From: Dictyostelium discoideum
Lineage: Eukaryota
Direction: 5' to 3'
Length of the DNA: 64,000 bases
Assembly: GCA_000004695.1 (NCBI GenBank)
Contig: CM000150.2
Span: forward strand, 1,920,001 to 1,984,000
A program made the translations under genes and the position numbers. Below, piece after piece: positions 25,745-37,161 of the stretch. The notes below the pieces were generated by a model. The model made no database searches and was not told the DNA's origin. It worked only from the letters and a program-made list of their open reading frames with translations. Positions within the stretch are counted from its first letter, which is position 1. Every line of letters starts with the position of its first letter.

Positions 25745-28608
25745 CAATGGTTAAATAGTAGACCATTATTAATACCAACTATATTATATAATTTTTTAAG
25801 ATTAATTCAAGATCATATTAGTAGACCGCAAGGTTTACATAATCCAACTCATTTGAAAGATGAAATTAATTTTTGTTTAGATTTATTAAAAAATAAAGTA
25901 AGTTTATAAATTATTTTATTTAAATAAATATTAATATATATATTTATAATGTTAACTTTTTTTTTTTTTTTTTTTTAAAAGTTTCAAGAATGTTTAGTAA
26001 TTGGTAGAGATTTAATTAGATTATTACAATATTTAAGTACAAAAACAATAGAGTTTGAACAATTATGGAAAGATTTAAATAGTAAACCAACAACATTTGC
26101 GCCTGGATATTATGATATAATTCAATCAATGAAAACACCAACACCTAAACATTTCTTACAATCAAGATTATCACCAGAGATGGAATTACAGGTATTATAT
26201 ATATTAAAAGAGGTTAAATTTGGTAATCAAAAGAGATATCAACAATGGTTCGTTACAAAGTATTTGGTTACACCAGAATCCGAATCATTAATACCCGATA
26301 TAATTCGTTATATTTGTTGTGTCTATCATCCACCAAATCATGTACTCTGTAGTGATATTGTCCCAAGATGGGCTATCATCGGTTGGTTATTGAAACATTG
26401 TAAATCAGATGCATGGAGAAACTATAGTAAGTTATCCTTGTTTTTAGATTGGCTTTATTTCGAACCAAAGATTGACTCAATTATGAATATTGAACCCGCT
26501 ATCCTATTAATGGCTGGTAGTGTTAAAAAGTATGCAGATATGACAATTGATTTGGTGGAATTCATTGTTGGTACATTATTAGATAGTTATGATATTCAAA
26601 GAAAAGATGCAATTCGTCAAGGTATTCATAATTCCTTTGCTACAGTTTTGGAAAAAGGTGTTGTTCAATCATTAAGTCATGTTTTCCCACCAGATTCTTT
26701 AGGTCCTTCTTTATTTGAAAAGGTTAAACATTATTTCCATCAATTTTTAACAAATTCACCAATTCATCAATTACATAGTCAACAACAACAACTACAACAA
26801 CAACAACTACAACAACCACAACAACCACAACAACAACAACAACCACCGCAATATAAACCATATCCACAACAACCAATTAATAAACAATTACCATTACAAA
26901 TGTCACCACAACAACAATCACAACAACAATTACAACAACAACAATTACAACAACAATTACAACAACAACAACAACAACAACAACCACCACAACAACCACC
27001 ACCACAACAACAACCACAACAACAACCACCACAACAACAACCACAACAACAACCGCAACAACAACAACCACAACTAAATATATCGACAGGTAATTTACCA
27101 AATATTCAACAACCAATGGTAAAATCACCACCATTATCATCAAATACTTTAGTATCACCTACTTCATCATCTTCTCCAACTTCATCAAATTTACCAACCA
27201 ATAATAGTAGAGTTTTAAATAAATCTGGTGTTGATATTCACCATGTTTCAAATTTATCACCCCAAGTAATTTCGCAAAAACCACAATCTCAACAAACCCC
27301 TTCACTTCATTCTTCATCACAATCTGTTTTACAACAAAAATCACCACCGTTAAAAGAAACTAGCTTATTTGAGCAACAACAACCTTCTCAACAACTACCT
27401 TCACAAATTGTTAAAAATTCACCCCCAAATTTATCAATGACCAATGAAAATATTTCAAACCCACCACCACCACCTCATGCTAAAATTAGTTCAGATCATG
27501 CTTCACCATTAATAAACTCTTCCAATAGTAATATCACAACTCCAAACCCCGATAGTCAGTCTCAAATACCAATTCCCCCTCCAATATCGCAATCACCATC
27601 AACTAAAAACATTGATGTAATTATGTCAGAATTAAATGATGAACCACCAAAATTATCAAAATCATCACCAACTCAATCAAATATTATAGTTCCTCCACCA
27701 ACTCATAAACCACCACAAACCACAATATCATCTTCATCACCATTGTTACAACCACAAACTCAACCTCAACCCCAAACTCAACCTCAACCCCAAACTCTAC
27801 AACAATCAACTACACCATCATTATCATCAAGTAGTACACCAACTATACCAATTTCACCACCATTACTACCAACACAATTAGAGATCGATATTCAACCACC
27901 ACCTCCACCACCATCATCACAACCTTTACAACCACCACCTCCACCCCCACCATCTCAAAATATAAAAGATGAAACTTTAAATAGCTTGATAGAATTAAAT
28001 AGTAGTATTAAATTGGATGAAGAGATTAAAATGGAAATACCAGATATTCTATTAACAATAGGAAGTAAACCACAATTTCAACCAACAAATATTACTATCA
28101 CTCTTGGTTCTATACTCTCAAACTTTAATGAAAAGATATCAAAACAACCAAATATAACTCTTCAAAATGAATTAACAGATTCCTTAACACAATATCTATC
28201 TCAAGTTTTAAAACCAGAATTACAAATTGATCTTTCAACAACACCATCACTTTTATCTTTATTTTGTAATTTCCAAGTTATTCACCACATTTTCCGTGCA
28301 ACTTTTTCACCAACTGATAATTCAATAACAACAACGACGACGACAACAGCAGCAGCAACAACAACAACAACAACAACACCAACAATAGTAAAACCAATGT
28401 TTAATATATTAAAGGAACTTTATAAAATTTATCCTTCCATTGGTTTTAAAATTATGATTTGGTCAATTATTACATCACCAGGTGGTTTGAATATTACAAA
28501 TAATGGTTGTACTTATATCTATCCAGATATTGAATGTGATAATTCTTTCTCCAATTCTGATGATAATGAATCAACTAATAATAATAATAATGGGGTCGAA
28601 CAAAAACC

Positions 28609-28642
<34 letters not shown>

Positions 28643-28658
28643 ATTAATGAAAATACTC

Positions 28659-28716
<58 letters not shown>

Positions 28717-29839
28717 AAATAATATAACTAATAATAGTCAAAATATAACAATTAAAGAAGAATCAATATTTAAAATAGAAAAATTACTTGAATCAGTTCA
28801 AGATTCAAATGGTAATAGGAATATACTTGGAAATTATTTAAATTTTCATAGTAATTTATTAGGTGGTCAACCACCACCACCACCACCACCACAACAACCA
28901 AATAAAATAGTTGAACAAATTATTAGTGATTGTATAGAAGCAAATAATGTTGGAGCATTTAATTACTTGGTACCAATATTGTATAAAAGTTTTTCAAATC
29001 TATTGGTTGGTAATTCAGATTTCTTATATTTAGTTTTATCATGCATCAATCCACGTCAACATTTTAGAATTTGTAATAAGATATCGATGGGTGAATTTAG
29101 AGTATTTGGTAATGAAATGAAATCATTAATAAGTCAATCATTCAAATGGGAATCTTTTGAACAGAACTATCTATGGCAAATGTTAATAGCTGAGGATTCA
29201 GTTTATAGTGGTATGATTGTAAAGGAATACCCATTCATAATCAGTAAATTAGATCCATACAATAATAGTGAAGTCTTACAAAATCTGACCATAACCCTAA
29301 AGGAAACAAAGTTTTATGACTTTAATATTTTCTCTGAAACCTTATTATTAAATGATTACTTTTATACTTTTGTTTTCTGTTTATTCTCTTTTTGGTTAAA
29401 AAATAATACAACTCAAACATTTAATTATATAAATCAAATTTTCGATTTTTATTTATCAAATAATAATAATAACAATAATAATAATAGAAAATTGGTTGAA
29501 AGAATTTTATATTTTTATAATATATTTTTGAAGAAATATGGCGAAGAAAGGTAAGAATCAATAGTTTTTATAATTAAAATATTTAGATATAGTTTTTAAT
29601 TCTTTTTTTTTTTTTTTTTTATTAGAATAAAATGGAGTGATATGATAGATTCTGATAGAGTTTCAAAAGTATTACAAAGATCAACAAATTCAAATTTATT
29701 TCAAAAGTATTCAAATTTAGGTAGTTTAGTATTACCATCACAATCTTCAAACATAAAAAATGATAACAATCCTACTTTATCCAAACATCAAAATAGCGAC
29801 GATGATTCAAACCCAAAGAAAAGATTTAGAAAAGAATAA
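24951..29839 (+). CDS. Integrator complex subunit 3 (INTS3/SOSS-A)-like protein with very long Q/P/N low-complexity inserts. CDS join(24951..25103,25180..25652,25744..25897,25982..29550,29626..29839).
   Basis: Five exons with GTAAGT/GTAAAT donors and consistent phases. The conserved N-terminal block DIVPRWAIIGWLLKHCKSDAWRNYSKLSLFLDWLYFEPKIDSIMNIEPAILLM resembles the INTS3 N-terminal domain as I recall it, so the family assignment is moderate. The terminal exon ends ...NPKKRFRKE. Confidence 0.6.
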
Positions 29840-30267
29840 TCCAAATAAAAAATAAAAAAAATTTAAAAAATTGTTAAATAATTTACAATCATTTCTTTCT
29901 TTTTGTCCAATAATTTTTTGTGTTTTATTATTTATTTTAAATTAGAGAATGGTAATTTAATTATTATTTTTTTTTTATAATTTAAGGAAATACATCGCAA
30001 ATTGATTTAAATTATTTAACCTATATTACCTCATTTAATTCAAAATTTCCCTCTTTTGTTTCGAAGGGGAAGCTAATTTCTAAAAAAAATTAAAAAATGC
30101 CTGGACTCTTTGAATTCTTTTTTTTTTTTTTTTTTTTATTACTACTTTTATAAAGAAATGATAAATTTGAAAAAAGTTTTTTTTGAAAATAGTTTATATC
30201 CTTTTAATATAAGAACATCATTAATAAATTGAATGTTTAATTACAATAGTATAAATGATATTAAAAA

Positions 30268-30402
<135 letters not shown>

Positions 30403-30872
30403 TTACACTAATTTCTTAAAAAATTTTAAAAATTTTTTTTTTTTTTTGAATTGGATAACGCAATTATTATTTGCTTCTCCTTGAGATGCTAGATCTCATT
30501 TTATTTTATTTTTTTTTTTTTTTTTTTTACAGGGTCTCTAAAAGAGGGGTTAGTTTACTTTTTTTTTTTTTTTTTTTTTGTTTCGAATTTTGAATTGTAT
30601 TATTACTTTTGATTAAAACATCTTTTTTGTCCAAACTTTTTTCTAAATCTTTTTTTATTTTATCGTCTGGTTCGTGATTGATGTTTATGACGTATTTGAA
30701 TTGTTTTTTTTTTAATTGAGTTTTATCCACAATTTCGCTTATTTTTTGTAGGCATTTGTGTTGCTTAATATTTGTGGTGTTGTTTGTGATTTTCATTTTA
30801 TTTTCTTTCTATTTTTTATATTTTTCTTTAAAAAGTTAAAAATCTGGAAATTTTCTGATTAACTTGGGTTCC

Positions 30873-30931
<59 letters not shown>

Positions 30932-33900
30932 TTATTTATAGAAAGTACTGAGTGAATTATTGTATTTTTTGAGATGTTTAGGAAGTTCTATTGCGTGAAG
31001 AGGTGAGTTCCATTGTCTGCTAAATTGTAATAGCTTTAGCGAGATTAGTGAGTCTAATTTATTTTGTTCTTCTGGCCGTTGCTTTGATTTGATTCTTAAT
31101 GTTTTGTTTATAACCGCTTGTGTCCTGTCCCATGCAGCTCTTTGTGTTTTAATTAGTTCACGTATGACTTGTTGTCTGTGAATTATTATTTCTTTTTCAT
31201 CGTGAATGAGTTTATTTCTTTTGTGCCAGATTTTATCGAATATAATAGCTATTAAATTGGCTACTAGTGCAATTTGTAGATGGTTTAAAATCTTCACATT
31301 CCAGGTGTGAGTGGTGTGTCCACACTTAGTTAGGGTGTAGTTGAAGATTTCTTGTGTGTTTTTGATGTGGGCTTTGCAGTTGAAGAATATATGTTCTGAG
31401 GTCTCATCTTCCCCACACTGTTGGCATGGCATGTTGTATATTTTTGGTAGTGCTTTCAGTGTGTATCTCCATAATAGATCTCTACCTTTCATGTTTATTA
31501 TTTTTTTGATTTCTTTAAATGGAAGGTGTTTGCTATTAATTTTGGTCATTATTTCTTTTTGGCCAGGAGTTGGTATGAATTTGTTGTGTTCAGGAGATTG
31601 AGTTGTCATCATATCTTCGTATATTTTTTTTAATTTTGGGAGGTGTTCGTAGTGTGTTTGTTTATTTTGTGGAGTTTTTAATTGGGTCCATGCTTGCTTG
31701 CATTGCCAGTGTAGTTGTAGTTGATTTTGTTTTGTTGTTGTTTTGTTGTTGTTGTTGTTTTTGAGTTCCTCTTCCCACAGTTTTATATATGAACTAGGAG
31801 TGTTACTTACTCTTTGGTGGAGGTATCTTTCGAATAACCATGCTTTCTGTGCTAGTTCTCTTGTCTTCAGGTTCCATAAGTTTAGGCCACCATTGATATA
31901 GTTGTTTTGTCTTCTTTGTAGTGAAAGAGAGTTTTTAGATTTTGTGTTGAAAACGAATTTTACGATGTTATTTTCAATACTATTGTGTTGTGGTGTGGTG
32001 TTGATGTAAGTGTGGAACGTTAACTGAGATAGTGCATATGTTTTTGCCATTATGAGTCTGCCCATATAGGTTGATGAAGTTGAGTTCCATGTTACTAGTT
32101 TAGCTCTGATGTTGTCTGAGATTGTATTGATTTTGGATTTGATACCCTTATTGTTGAAGTCAAAGCCGAGGTACCTTTCGTTTGATTTTATGACGGTGTA
32201 TAGCGTTCTGGTGTTCCATTTGAAAGTGATACACGAGCATTTGGTTTGGTTTATTTTTGCGCTGGTTGCTTGGCAAAACTTCTTGATCCATTCATTCATG
32301 AGGAAATGGTCCATAAAGTTGTATGCTATTGTTGCTGTATCATCGGCGAACTGTAGTATTTTAATGGTTTCTTTGGTTACACCATTGATGCAGCGGTCAT
32401 TTATTATAGTAGTTGCCATGCATTCAACCACTAATGCGAAGATAGTGGGAGAGATAGGATCACCTTGTTTGGTTCCTCTTTTTGATGTAAAGCTTTTAGA
32501 TAATGAGTTATTGATGTACACTGATGTTTCTGATTCATTGAGTAAGTTCATTATTGTGAGGACCATTTTGAGTGGTAGTTTTAGATGTGCAAGAGTACGT
32601 AGAATGGCGTTATGTGAGATTGAATCGAATGCTTTTTCAAAATCATAAAATGTTATGATTGGTTCCATATCCTCTTTTGTGTTAATCTCTCGTTTTATTA
32701 TTTCTATTGTTGAGTTTAAGGTGATGATGTTATCGTGCAGTAGTCTTCTTGGTACGAATCCAGTTTGGAATGGTGAGATTATTTTGTTTAAGAACTTCAG
32801 GATCCTATTGTTGATTATTTTCGAATAGATTTTGTAATCGACATTTAGAAGTGTTATTGGTCTATAGTTATCCAGGTTGTTTGGGTCTCCTTTGTTTTTA
32901 TATATAGTAATCAATATCCCTTGTTTGAAGTCCTTTGGGATTGTTGTATTCCAGAAGTGATTGTATAGTTTTGATATTATTGGTAGAATTTCATTAATGT
33001 GGTTTTTGTAAAATGTTGGAAGGAGTCCATCTTTACCAGGTGCTTTTCCTTCTTGTATTTTTTCAATGCCTAGTCTGATTTCGTATTCTTCTATTGGTTG
33101 ATTAATTTCGTCCAATATCTTTTGATCAATCCTTTTATTGAATGTTTTTAGGAGTTCGTGGTGAGTGTCTTCGTTGCATTCTCTCTTCTGGTACAGGTTC
33201 TCGTAATATCTTCTTGCTACTTCGAGGATATCCTCGTTTTTTGTTACCAAACAATTGTTGCTTGGATCTAGAATTTGAGGGATTTCATTTGTCTTTCTTT
33301 GGACTTTTAACCTTCTGGTTAAGTATTTTGATGGTGTTTCTTTGTTGTTGATGTGGGTGTTGGTTTGGTTTGCTTGTTTTATTCTTACTTGTTCCTTTAG
33401 AATATTGTTGATCTCTTCTTTAAGGAAGATTGCTCTTGAATCTTTGGCTGTTTCGAGTTTTTCTGCGAGTTCTTTTAGTTTGTTTTTGGTTTTATTGCTT
33501 TCTCTAATTTCTATATTAATTGACAGTTTCTTTATTTCATCTTTTAGTTTCAACCATTGTTCGCAAATGTTTAATTTGTACCATTTGCTGGTGTTCTCTT
33601 CGAATTTTTTATTGTAGTATTTAATTGTTTTATTAATTTTGAGGCTGGTTGAATTCATTTTGAGAGTTTCTAGGTTTTGTCTCCATAGTCTTTCTCCTTT
33701 CTTTTGTTGCTCGTATTCTGGTATTTTTAATTCAATGATTACCATGTTGTGATCAGATTTTAATTTGATTTCCTTAGTAGTAACTATTGGGTTTAGATGG
33801 AGTATCTTCTTTGAGACAAAGACCCTATCGATGGTTGATTTGTTTCTTGGAAATGTGATTCCATTCTTAATTTCTGTAAATTCGAATTCGTCGAAGATTG

Positions 33901-34153
33901 TTTTAATATATTTGTTAAGGTTATTATCCACTGAACAGTCTACATTGAAGTCTCCAGTTATAATATCGCTGTGTAGTATTTCTTCTGTGAGATTTTCCTT
34001 ATACCATTCATGTCTTTCGTTTGACTTTGCTGGGGCATAAATGGTTGTGCATTTGATCTGTGTTTTTGCAATCATCCATTCGGAAGATATAATTCTTTCG
34101 TTTATTGTTTTTGTTGTTGTTTTTATTTGGGTGTTGATGATGATTTGTGACAC
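30932..34153 (-). CDS. TRE5-A ORF2: apurinic-type endonuclease plus reverse transcriptase.
   Basis: ORF track, 1073 aa. The endonuclease region is ...GDFNVDCSVD...KSDHNMV. The RT motifs are YRPITLLNVDYKIYSKII and FADDTAT. The reading frame is intact. Confidence 0.85.
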   Translation of the reverse strand: MSQIIINTQIKTTTKTINERIISSEWMIAKTQIKCTTIYAPAKSNERHEWYKENLTEEILHSDIITGDFNVDCSVDNNLNKYIKTIFDEFEFTEIKNGITFPRNKSTIDRVFVSKKILHLNPIVTTKEIKLKSDHNMVIIELKIPEYEQQKKGERLWRQNLETLKMNSTSLKINKTIKYYNKKFEENTSKWYKLNICEQWLKLKDEIKKLSINIEIRESNKTKNKLKELAEKLETAKDSRAIFLKEEINNILKEQVRIKQANQTNTHINNKETPSKYLTRRLKVQRKTNEIPQILDPSNNCLVTKNEDILEVARRYYENLYQKRECNEDTHHELLKTFNKRIDQKILDEINQPIEEYEIRLGIEKIQEGKAPGKDGLLPTFYKNHINEILPIISKLYNHFWNTTIPKDFKQGILITIYKNKGDPNNLDNYRPITLLNVDYKIYSKIINNRILKFLNKIISPFQTGFVPRRLLHDNIITLNSTIEIIKREINTKEDMEPIITFYDFEKAFDSISHNAILRTLAHLKLPLKMVLTIMNLLNESETSVYINNSLSKSFTSKRGTKQGDPISPTIFALVVECMATTIINDRCINGVTKETIKILQFADDTATIAYNFMDHFLMNEWIKKFCQATSAKINQTKCSCITFKWNTRTLYTVIKSNERYLGFDFNNKGIKSKINTISDNIRAKLVTWNSTSSTYMGRLIMAKTYALSQLTFHTYINTTPQHNSIENNIVKFVFNTKSKNSLSLQRRQNNYINGGLNLWNLKTRELAQKAWLFERYLHQRVSNTPSSYIKLWEEELKNNNNNKTTTKQNQLQLHWQCKQAWTQLKTPQNKQTHYEHLPKLKKIYEDMMTTQSPEHNKFIPTPGQKEIMTKINSKHLPFKEIKKIINMKGRDLLWRYTLKALPKIYNMPCQQCGEDETSEHIFFNCKAHIKNTQEIFNYTLTKCGHTTHTWNVKILNHLQIALVANLIAIIFDKIWHKRNKLIHDEKEIIIHRQQVIRELIKTQRAAWDRTQAVINKTLRIKSKQRPEEQNKLDSLISLKLLQFSRQWNSPLHAIELPKHLKKYNNSLSTFYK

Positions 34154-34365
34154 CCCTTGTCCTGTTTTATCAATTGGTGCGTGGTGTGTTATTTTGTTTT
34201 TATATTGTTGATTTATTGAGTAAATTTTATTTGTTTTTATATTTGTTTCAGTTAGAAGTGCTGCGTCCAGCTTGTTGTTGTCTAATACGGTGTTTATTAT
34301 GCTGGCAGATTGGATGGTGTTGGATCCTTGGACGTTCCAAACACCTATTCTTATTGTGTTTTTCT

Positions 34366-35700
34366 TTATAGTTTTATTTGGGGTAGATTTTTATCTACCT
34401 TTTGAAGTTTCTGGTTTATTTTGTCTTCTAACTGATCTTTACTTTGTTCGTTGTGTTGTTGGTCTTGTGTGTTTGTGGGGTTTTTTGATTTACTGATTTG
34501 TTTTAGAATTTCCTTGTTGAAGTTGTCTATATCTTCATCCATTTTTGTTTTTATGCTTTTTTGTCCATATTCACCCAATTTTGGTTTGACTGGTGTTTTG
34601 TTGGTCCTGTTTGTTTTGTCTTGTTGTTTGTTTTTTGGTGTGTTTAACAATTTACTTGGTGAATCGATAATTTTCGATGGTGTACCATAGGTTGGGCTGA
34701 AACTCATGATATGTTTTATTGGAGAGGAGAAGAACCATTGATTTGAAGGGATTGAAAGTGGGAATTCTATTTTTCTTATTGCATCAGTGTTTGGGCTGGT
34801 GAAGTCGAAGATATCATTTACCTCTCTAAGTTTTTCTTCCGTTGTTAGTCTCTTTGTTTCGCCGTGTTGTTTTATTGGTGTATTGTATGGAGATGGTGGT
34901 TCAATAGGTTTTTCTGATTTTGTTTTAATTTCTTGATTGTTTATCGATTGGGTATTGATCTCATTCTCTATTCTTGTTAGTTCATCTACGTTTTCTAGTG
35001 ATGCATCTATTACCTTTTGAGCTGTATCATCTAGGGCCATAAATGTTTTATCATTAGATGAGGAGGTGATTGGTGGGATAATGATTGTTCTTTTTCCTTG
35101 TTTTGGTATTTGTTCTGATGTAGATTGTGGTTGTTGTTCATCTGATTGTTTTTTATTTTTGTTTTCTTCTTGATTTTCTGGTAATGAGGTTTGATCTCTC
35201 CATCCTTTGTTGGAGTGACCAATTAATGTTAGATTGTCTAGTTCAATGATAGTATCATATTCTTCTACGACTCTTTTCACTGTTTTGATAATTAGAGTTT
35301 CGCCTTTAATTTCAGATTTAATTAGTTTACATCCTTCATTTTCTATTACCCATTCTATTTCTGTGAGTGATTTATACCAATCGAAATCCGTATACATATT
35401 TTTTGGTCTTAGAGTGGTTATAAATTGTCCTTTTAATTCTGCATCGAACATATTTACAAAATAGATTACTGTACTAATACTGTCTGTGAGAATTTTGAAT
35501 GTATTATTACTTTTGATTAAAACATCTTTTTTGTCCAAACTTTTTTCTAAATCTTTTTTTATTTTATCGTCTGGTTCGTGATTGATGTTTATGACGTATT
35601 TGAATTGTTTTTTTTTTAATTGAGTTTTATCCACAATTTCGCTTATTTTTTGTAGGCATTTGTGTTGCTTAATATTTGTGGTGTTGTTTGTGATTTTCAT
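34366..35700 (-). CDS. TRE5-A ORF1 (444 aa).
   Basis: ORF track. The N-terminal 67 aa are duplicated in the 3' B-module copy (ORF 30527-30796). Confidence 0.8.
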   Translation of the reverse strand: MKITNNTTNIKQHKCLQKISEIVDKTQLKKKQFKYVININHEPDDKIKKDLEKSLDKKDVLIKSNNTFKILTDSISTVIYFVNMFDAELKGQFITTLRPKNMYTDFDWYKSLTEIEWVIENEGCKLIKSEIKGETLIIKTVKRVVEEYDTIIELDNLTLIGHSNKGWRDQTSLPENQEENKNKKQSDEQQPQSTSEQIPKQGKRTIIIPPITSSSNDKTFMALDDTAQKVIDASLENVDELTRIENEINTQSINNQEIKTKSEKPIEPPSPYNTPIKQHGETKRLTTEEKLREVNDIFDFTSPNTDAIRKIEFPLSIPSNQWFFSSPIKHIMSFSPTYGTPSKIIDSPSKLLNTPKNKQQDKTNRTNKTPVKPKLGEYGQKSIKTKMDEDIDNFNKEILKQISKSKNPTNTQDQQHNEQSKDQLEDKINQKLQKVDKNLPQIKL

Positions 35701-35775
35701 TTTATTTTCTTTCTATTTTTTATATTTTTCTTTAAAAAGTTAAAAATCTGGAAATTTTCTGATTAACTTGGTTCC

Positions 35776-35830
<55 letters not shown>

Positions 35831-35833
<3 letters not shown>

Positions 35834-36700
35834 TCTTTTTTATATGAAAAATGAAATAATCAAAAAAAGAGATTGTTGTTGTTGTTTGTTTTTTTTCGAT
35901 CTGATTATTTTTTGCTTTTTTTTGAAAATTTTGCTACGCAAAATTCTCAAAACGAAACAAATAATAAATTACAATAAAGTAAAAAGATGGCTTTTTAAGA
36001 TAGTTTATTTATTTATTTATTTGTTTTTTAAGTCTTTTTTATATGAAAAATGAAATAATCAAAAAAAGAGATTGTTGTTGTTGTTTGTTTTTTTTCGATC
36101 TGATTATTTTTTGCTTTTTTTTGAAAATTTTGCTACGCAAAATTCTCAAAACGAAACAAATAATAAATTACAATAAAGTAAAAAGATGGCTTTTTAAGAT
36201 AGTTTATTTATTTATTTATTTGTTTTTTAAGTCTTTTTTATATGAAAAATGAAATAATCAAAAAAAGAGATTGTTGTTGTTGTTTGTTTTTTTTCGATCT
36301 GATTATTTTTTGCTTTTTTTTGAAAATTTTGCTACGCAAAATTCTCAAAACGAAACAAATAATAAATTACAATAAAGTAAAAAGATGGCTTTTTAAGATA
36401 GTTTATTTATTTATTTATTTGTTTTTTAAGTCTTTTTTATATGAAAAATGAAATAATCAAAAAAAGAGATTGTTGTTGTTGTTTGTTTTTTTTCGATCTG
36501 ATTATTTTTTGCTTTTTTTTGAAAATTTTGCTACGCAAAATTCTCAAAACGAAACAAATAATAAATTACAATAAAGTAAAAAGATGGCTTTTTAAGATAG
36601 TTTATTTATTTATTTATTTGTTTTTTAAGTCTTTTTTATATGAAAAATGAAATAATCAAAAAAAGAGATTGTTGTTGTTGTTTGTTTTTTTTCGATCTTA
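35831..36700 (-). repeat. Tandem array of 199-bp A-modules (promoter module of TRE5-A): four complete identical copies plus a ~70-bp partial copy.
   Basis: ORF-track entries at 35844, 36043, 36242 and 36441 give identical 69-aa translations at exactly 199-bp spacing. The pattern ends at ...ttttttttcgatctta (36698), 49-51 bp before the tRNA. Confidence 0.85.
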
Positions 36701-36749
36701 AAAATTTTAAAAATGGATAGGAGCAAAAAAACGAAATTTCATCAAAAAT

Positions 36750-36822
36750 GCCTGGATGGCTCAGTAGGCAGAGCGAGCGGCTGTTAACCGCTAGGTCCAT
36801 GGTTCGATCCCATGTCTAGGCG
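36750..36822 (+). tRNA. tRNA-Asn (anticodon GTT), copy 1.
   Basis: The sequence GCCTGGATGGCTCAGTAGGCAGAGCGAGCGGCTGTTAACCGCTAGGTCCATGGTTCGATCCCATGTCTAGGCG folds as a cloverleaf. The acceptor stem is GCCTGGA/TCTAGGC. The anticodon stem is AGCGG/CCGCT with loop CTGTTAA. The T-arm is CATGG-TTCGATC-CCATG. It has an internal B box and no intron. Confidence 0.9.
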
Positions 36823-36850
36823 AATTTTTATACTTCCCTTCATATGTCAC

Positions 36851-36862
36851 AGGTTCGATTCT
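36851..36862 (+). promoter_or_regulatory. Candidate external B box (exB) downstream of tRNA-Asn copy 1.
   Basis: GGTTCGATTCTC lies 29 bp after the tRNA 3' end and resembles the B-box consensus GGTTCGAATCC. A similar motif (TGTTCGATTCTC, 55899-55910) lies just beyond the TRE3 insertion at copy 2. Confidence 0.4.
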
Positions 36863-37161
36863 CTTTAATTATGGTTTAAATCTCCAAAAAGATTGGAAAG
36901 GATGTCATTTGTTAAAATGGTACACAAAAAATTTCAAAACAATATAACTACTATCGCCCAATTTCGTTTAATAGCTAAACTTAATTTATTAATATAAAAA
37001 AAAAATTTGACTCAAATTTTATATTTAAAAAAAAAAAAAACAAATAATTTAAAATTTCTTTGGATGTATATTTTTTTATTGATTTACATAAATATAAACT
37101 ATAGAATAAACAGTGATTCAATATTAAAAAATATATATATACTATTATAATTTATTACTAT

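Larger units (their letters stand above)
30500..36700 (-). mobile_element. TRE5-A-type (DRE) tRNA-gene-targeted non-LTR retrotransposon. It is full length, with the layout A-modules(x4.4)-B-ORF1-ORF2-oligoA-B-C-oligoA.
   Basis: The minus strand carries ORF1 (444 aa) and ORF2 (1073 aa, APE endonuclease + RT + C-terminal Cys motif CQQCGEDETSEHIFFNCKAH). A ~290-bp B-module is present twice: 35476-35779 overlaps the ORF1 start, and 30601-30876 lies 3' of ORF2. Each copy is preceded by an oligo(A) tract. A short C-module plus oligo(A) sits at the 3' end (~30505-30590). A 199-bp tandem array occupies the 5' end. The 5' end lies 49 bp upstream of a tRNA-Asn gene, which is the TRE5 signature. The subfamily call rests on recalled literature for this module architecture. 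Confidence 0.8.

Noticed and set aside
26877-27158. Minus-strand ORFs made of poly-Val, poly-Leu and poly-Ile (also 23418-23630 +, 39539-39878 -, 46399-46743 -, 47604-48600 -, 48732-49451 -/+, 49214-49494).
   Set aside because: They are mirror-image or frame-shifted translations of (CAA)n, (AAT)n, (ACA)n coding microsatellites in genes on the other strand. They have no start context and no domain.
30527-30796. 89-aa ORF identical to the N-terminus of TRE5-A ORF1.
   Set aside because: It is the 3' B-module copy of the element (a duplicated 5' segment), not an independent gene.
31341-34496. Plus-strand ORFs of 69-179 aa inside the TRE5-A element (31341-31601, 32109-32648, 33142-33617, 33765-34040, 34147-34496).
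   Set aside because: They lie antisense to the intact ORF2 and ORF1 of the retroelement and are Leu/Phe/Ser-rich antisense artefacts.
35844-36650. Four identical 69-aa ORFs (MKNEIIKKRDCCCCLFFFDLIIF...) at exactly 199-bp spacing. They superficially resemble a repeat/spacer array or a tandem gene family.
   Set aside because: The units are perfectly identical with no unique spacers. They sit at the 5' end of a retrotransposon, in the strand opposite to the element's genes, and they are A-module (promoter) repeats rather than CRISPR or coding sequence.
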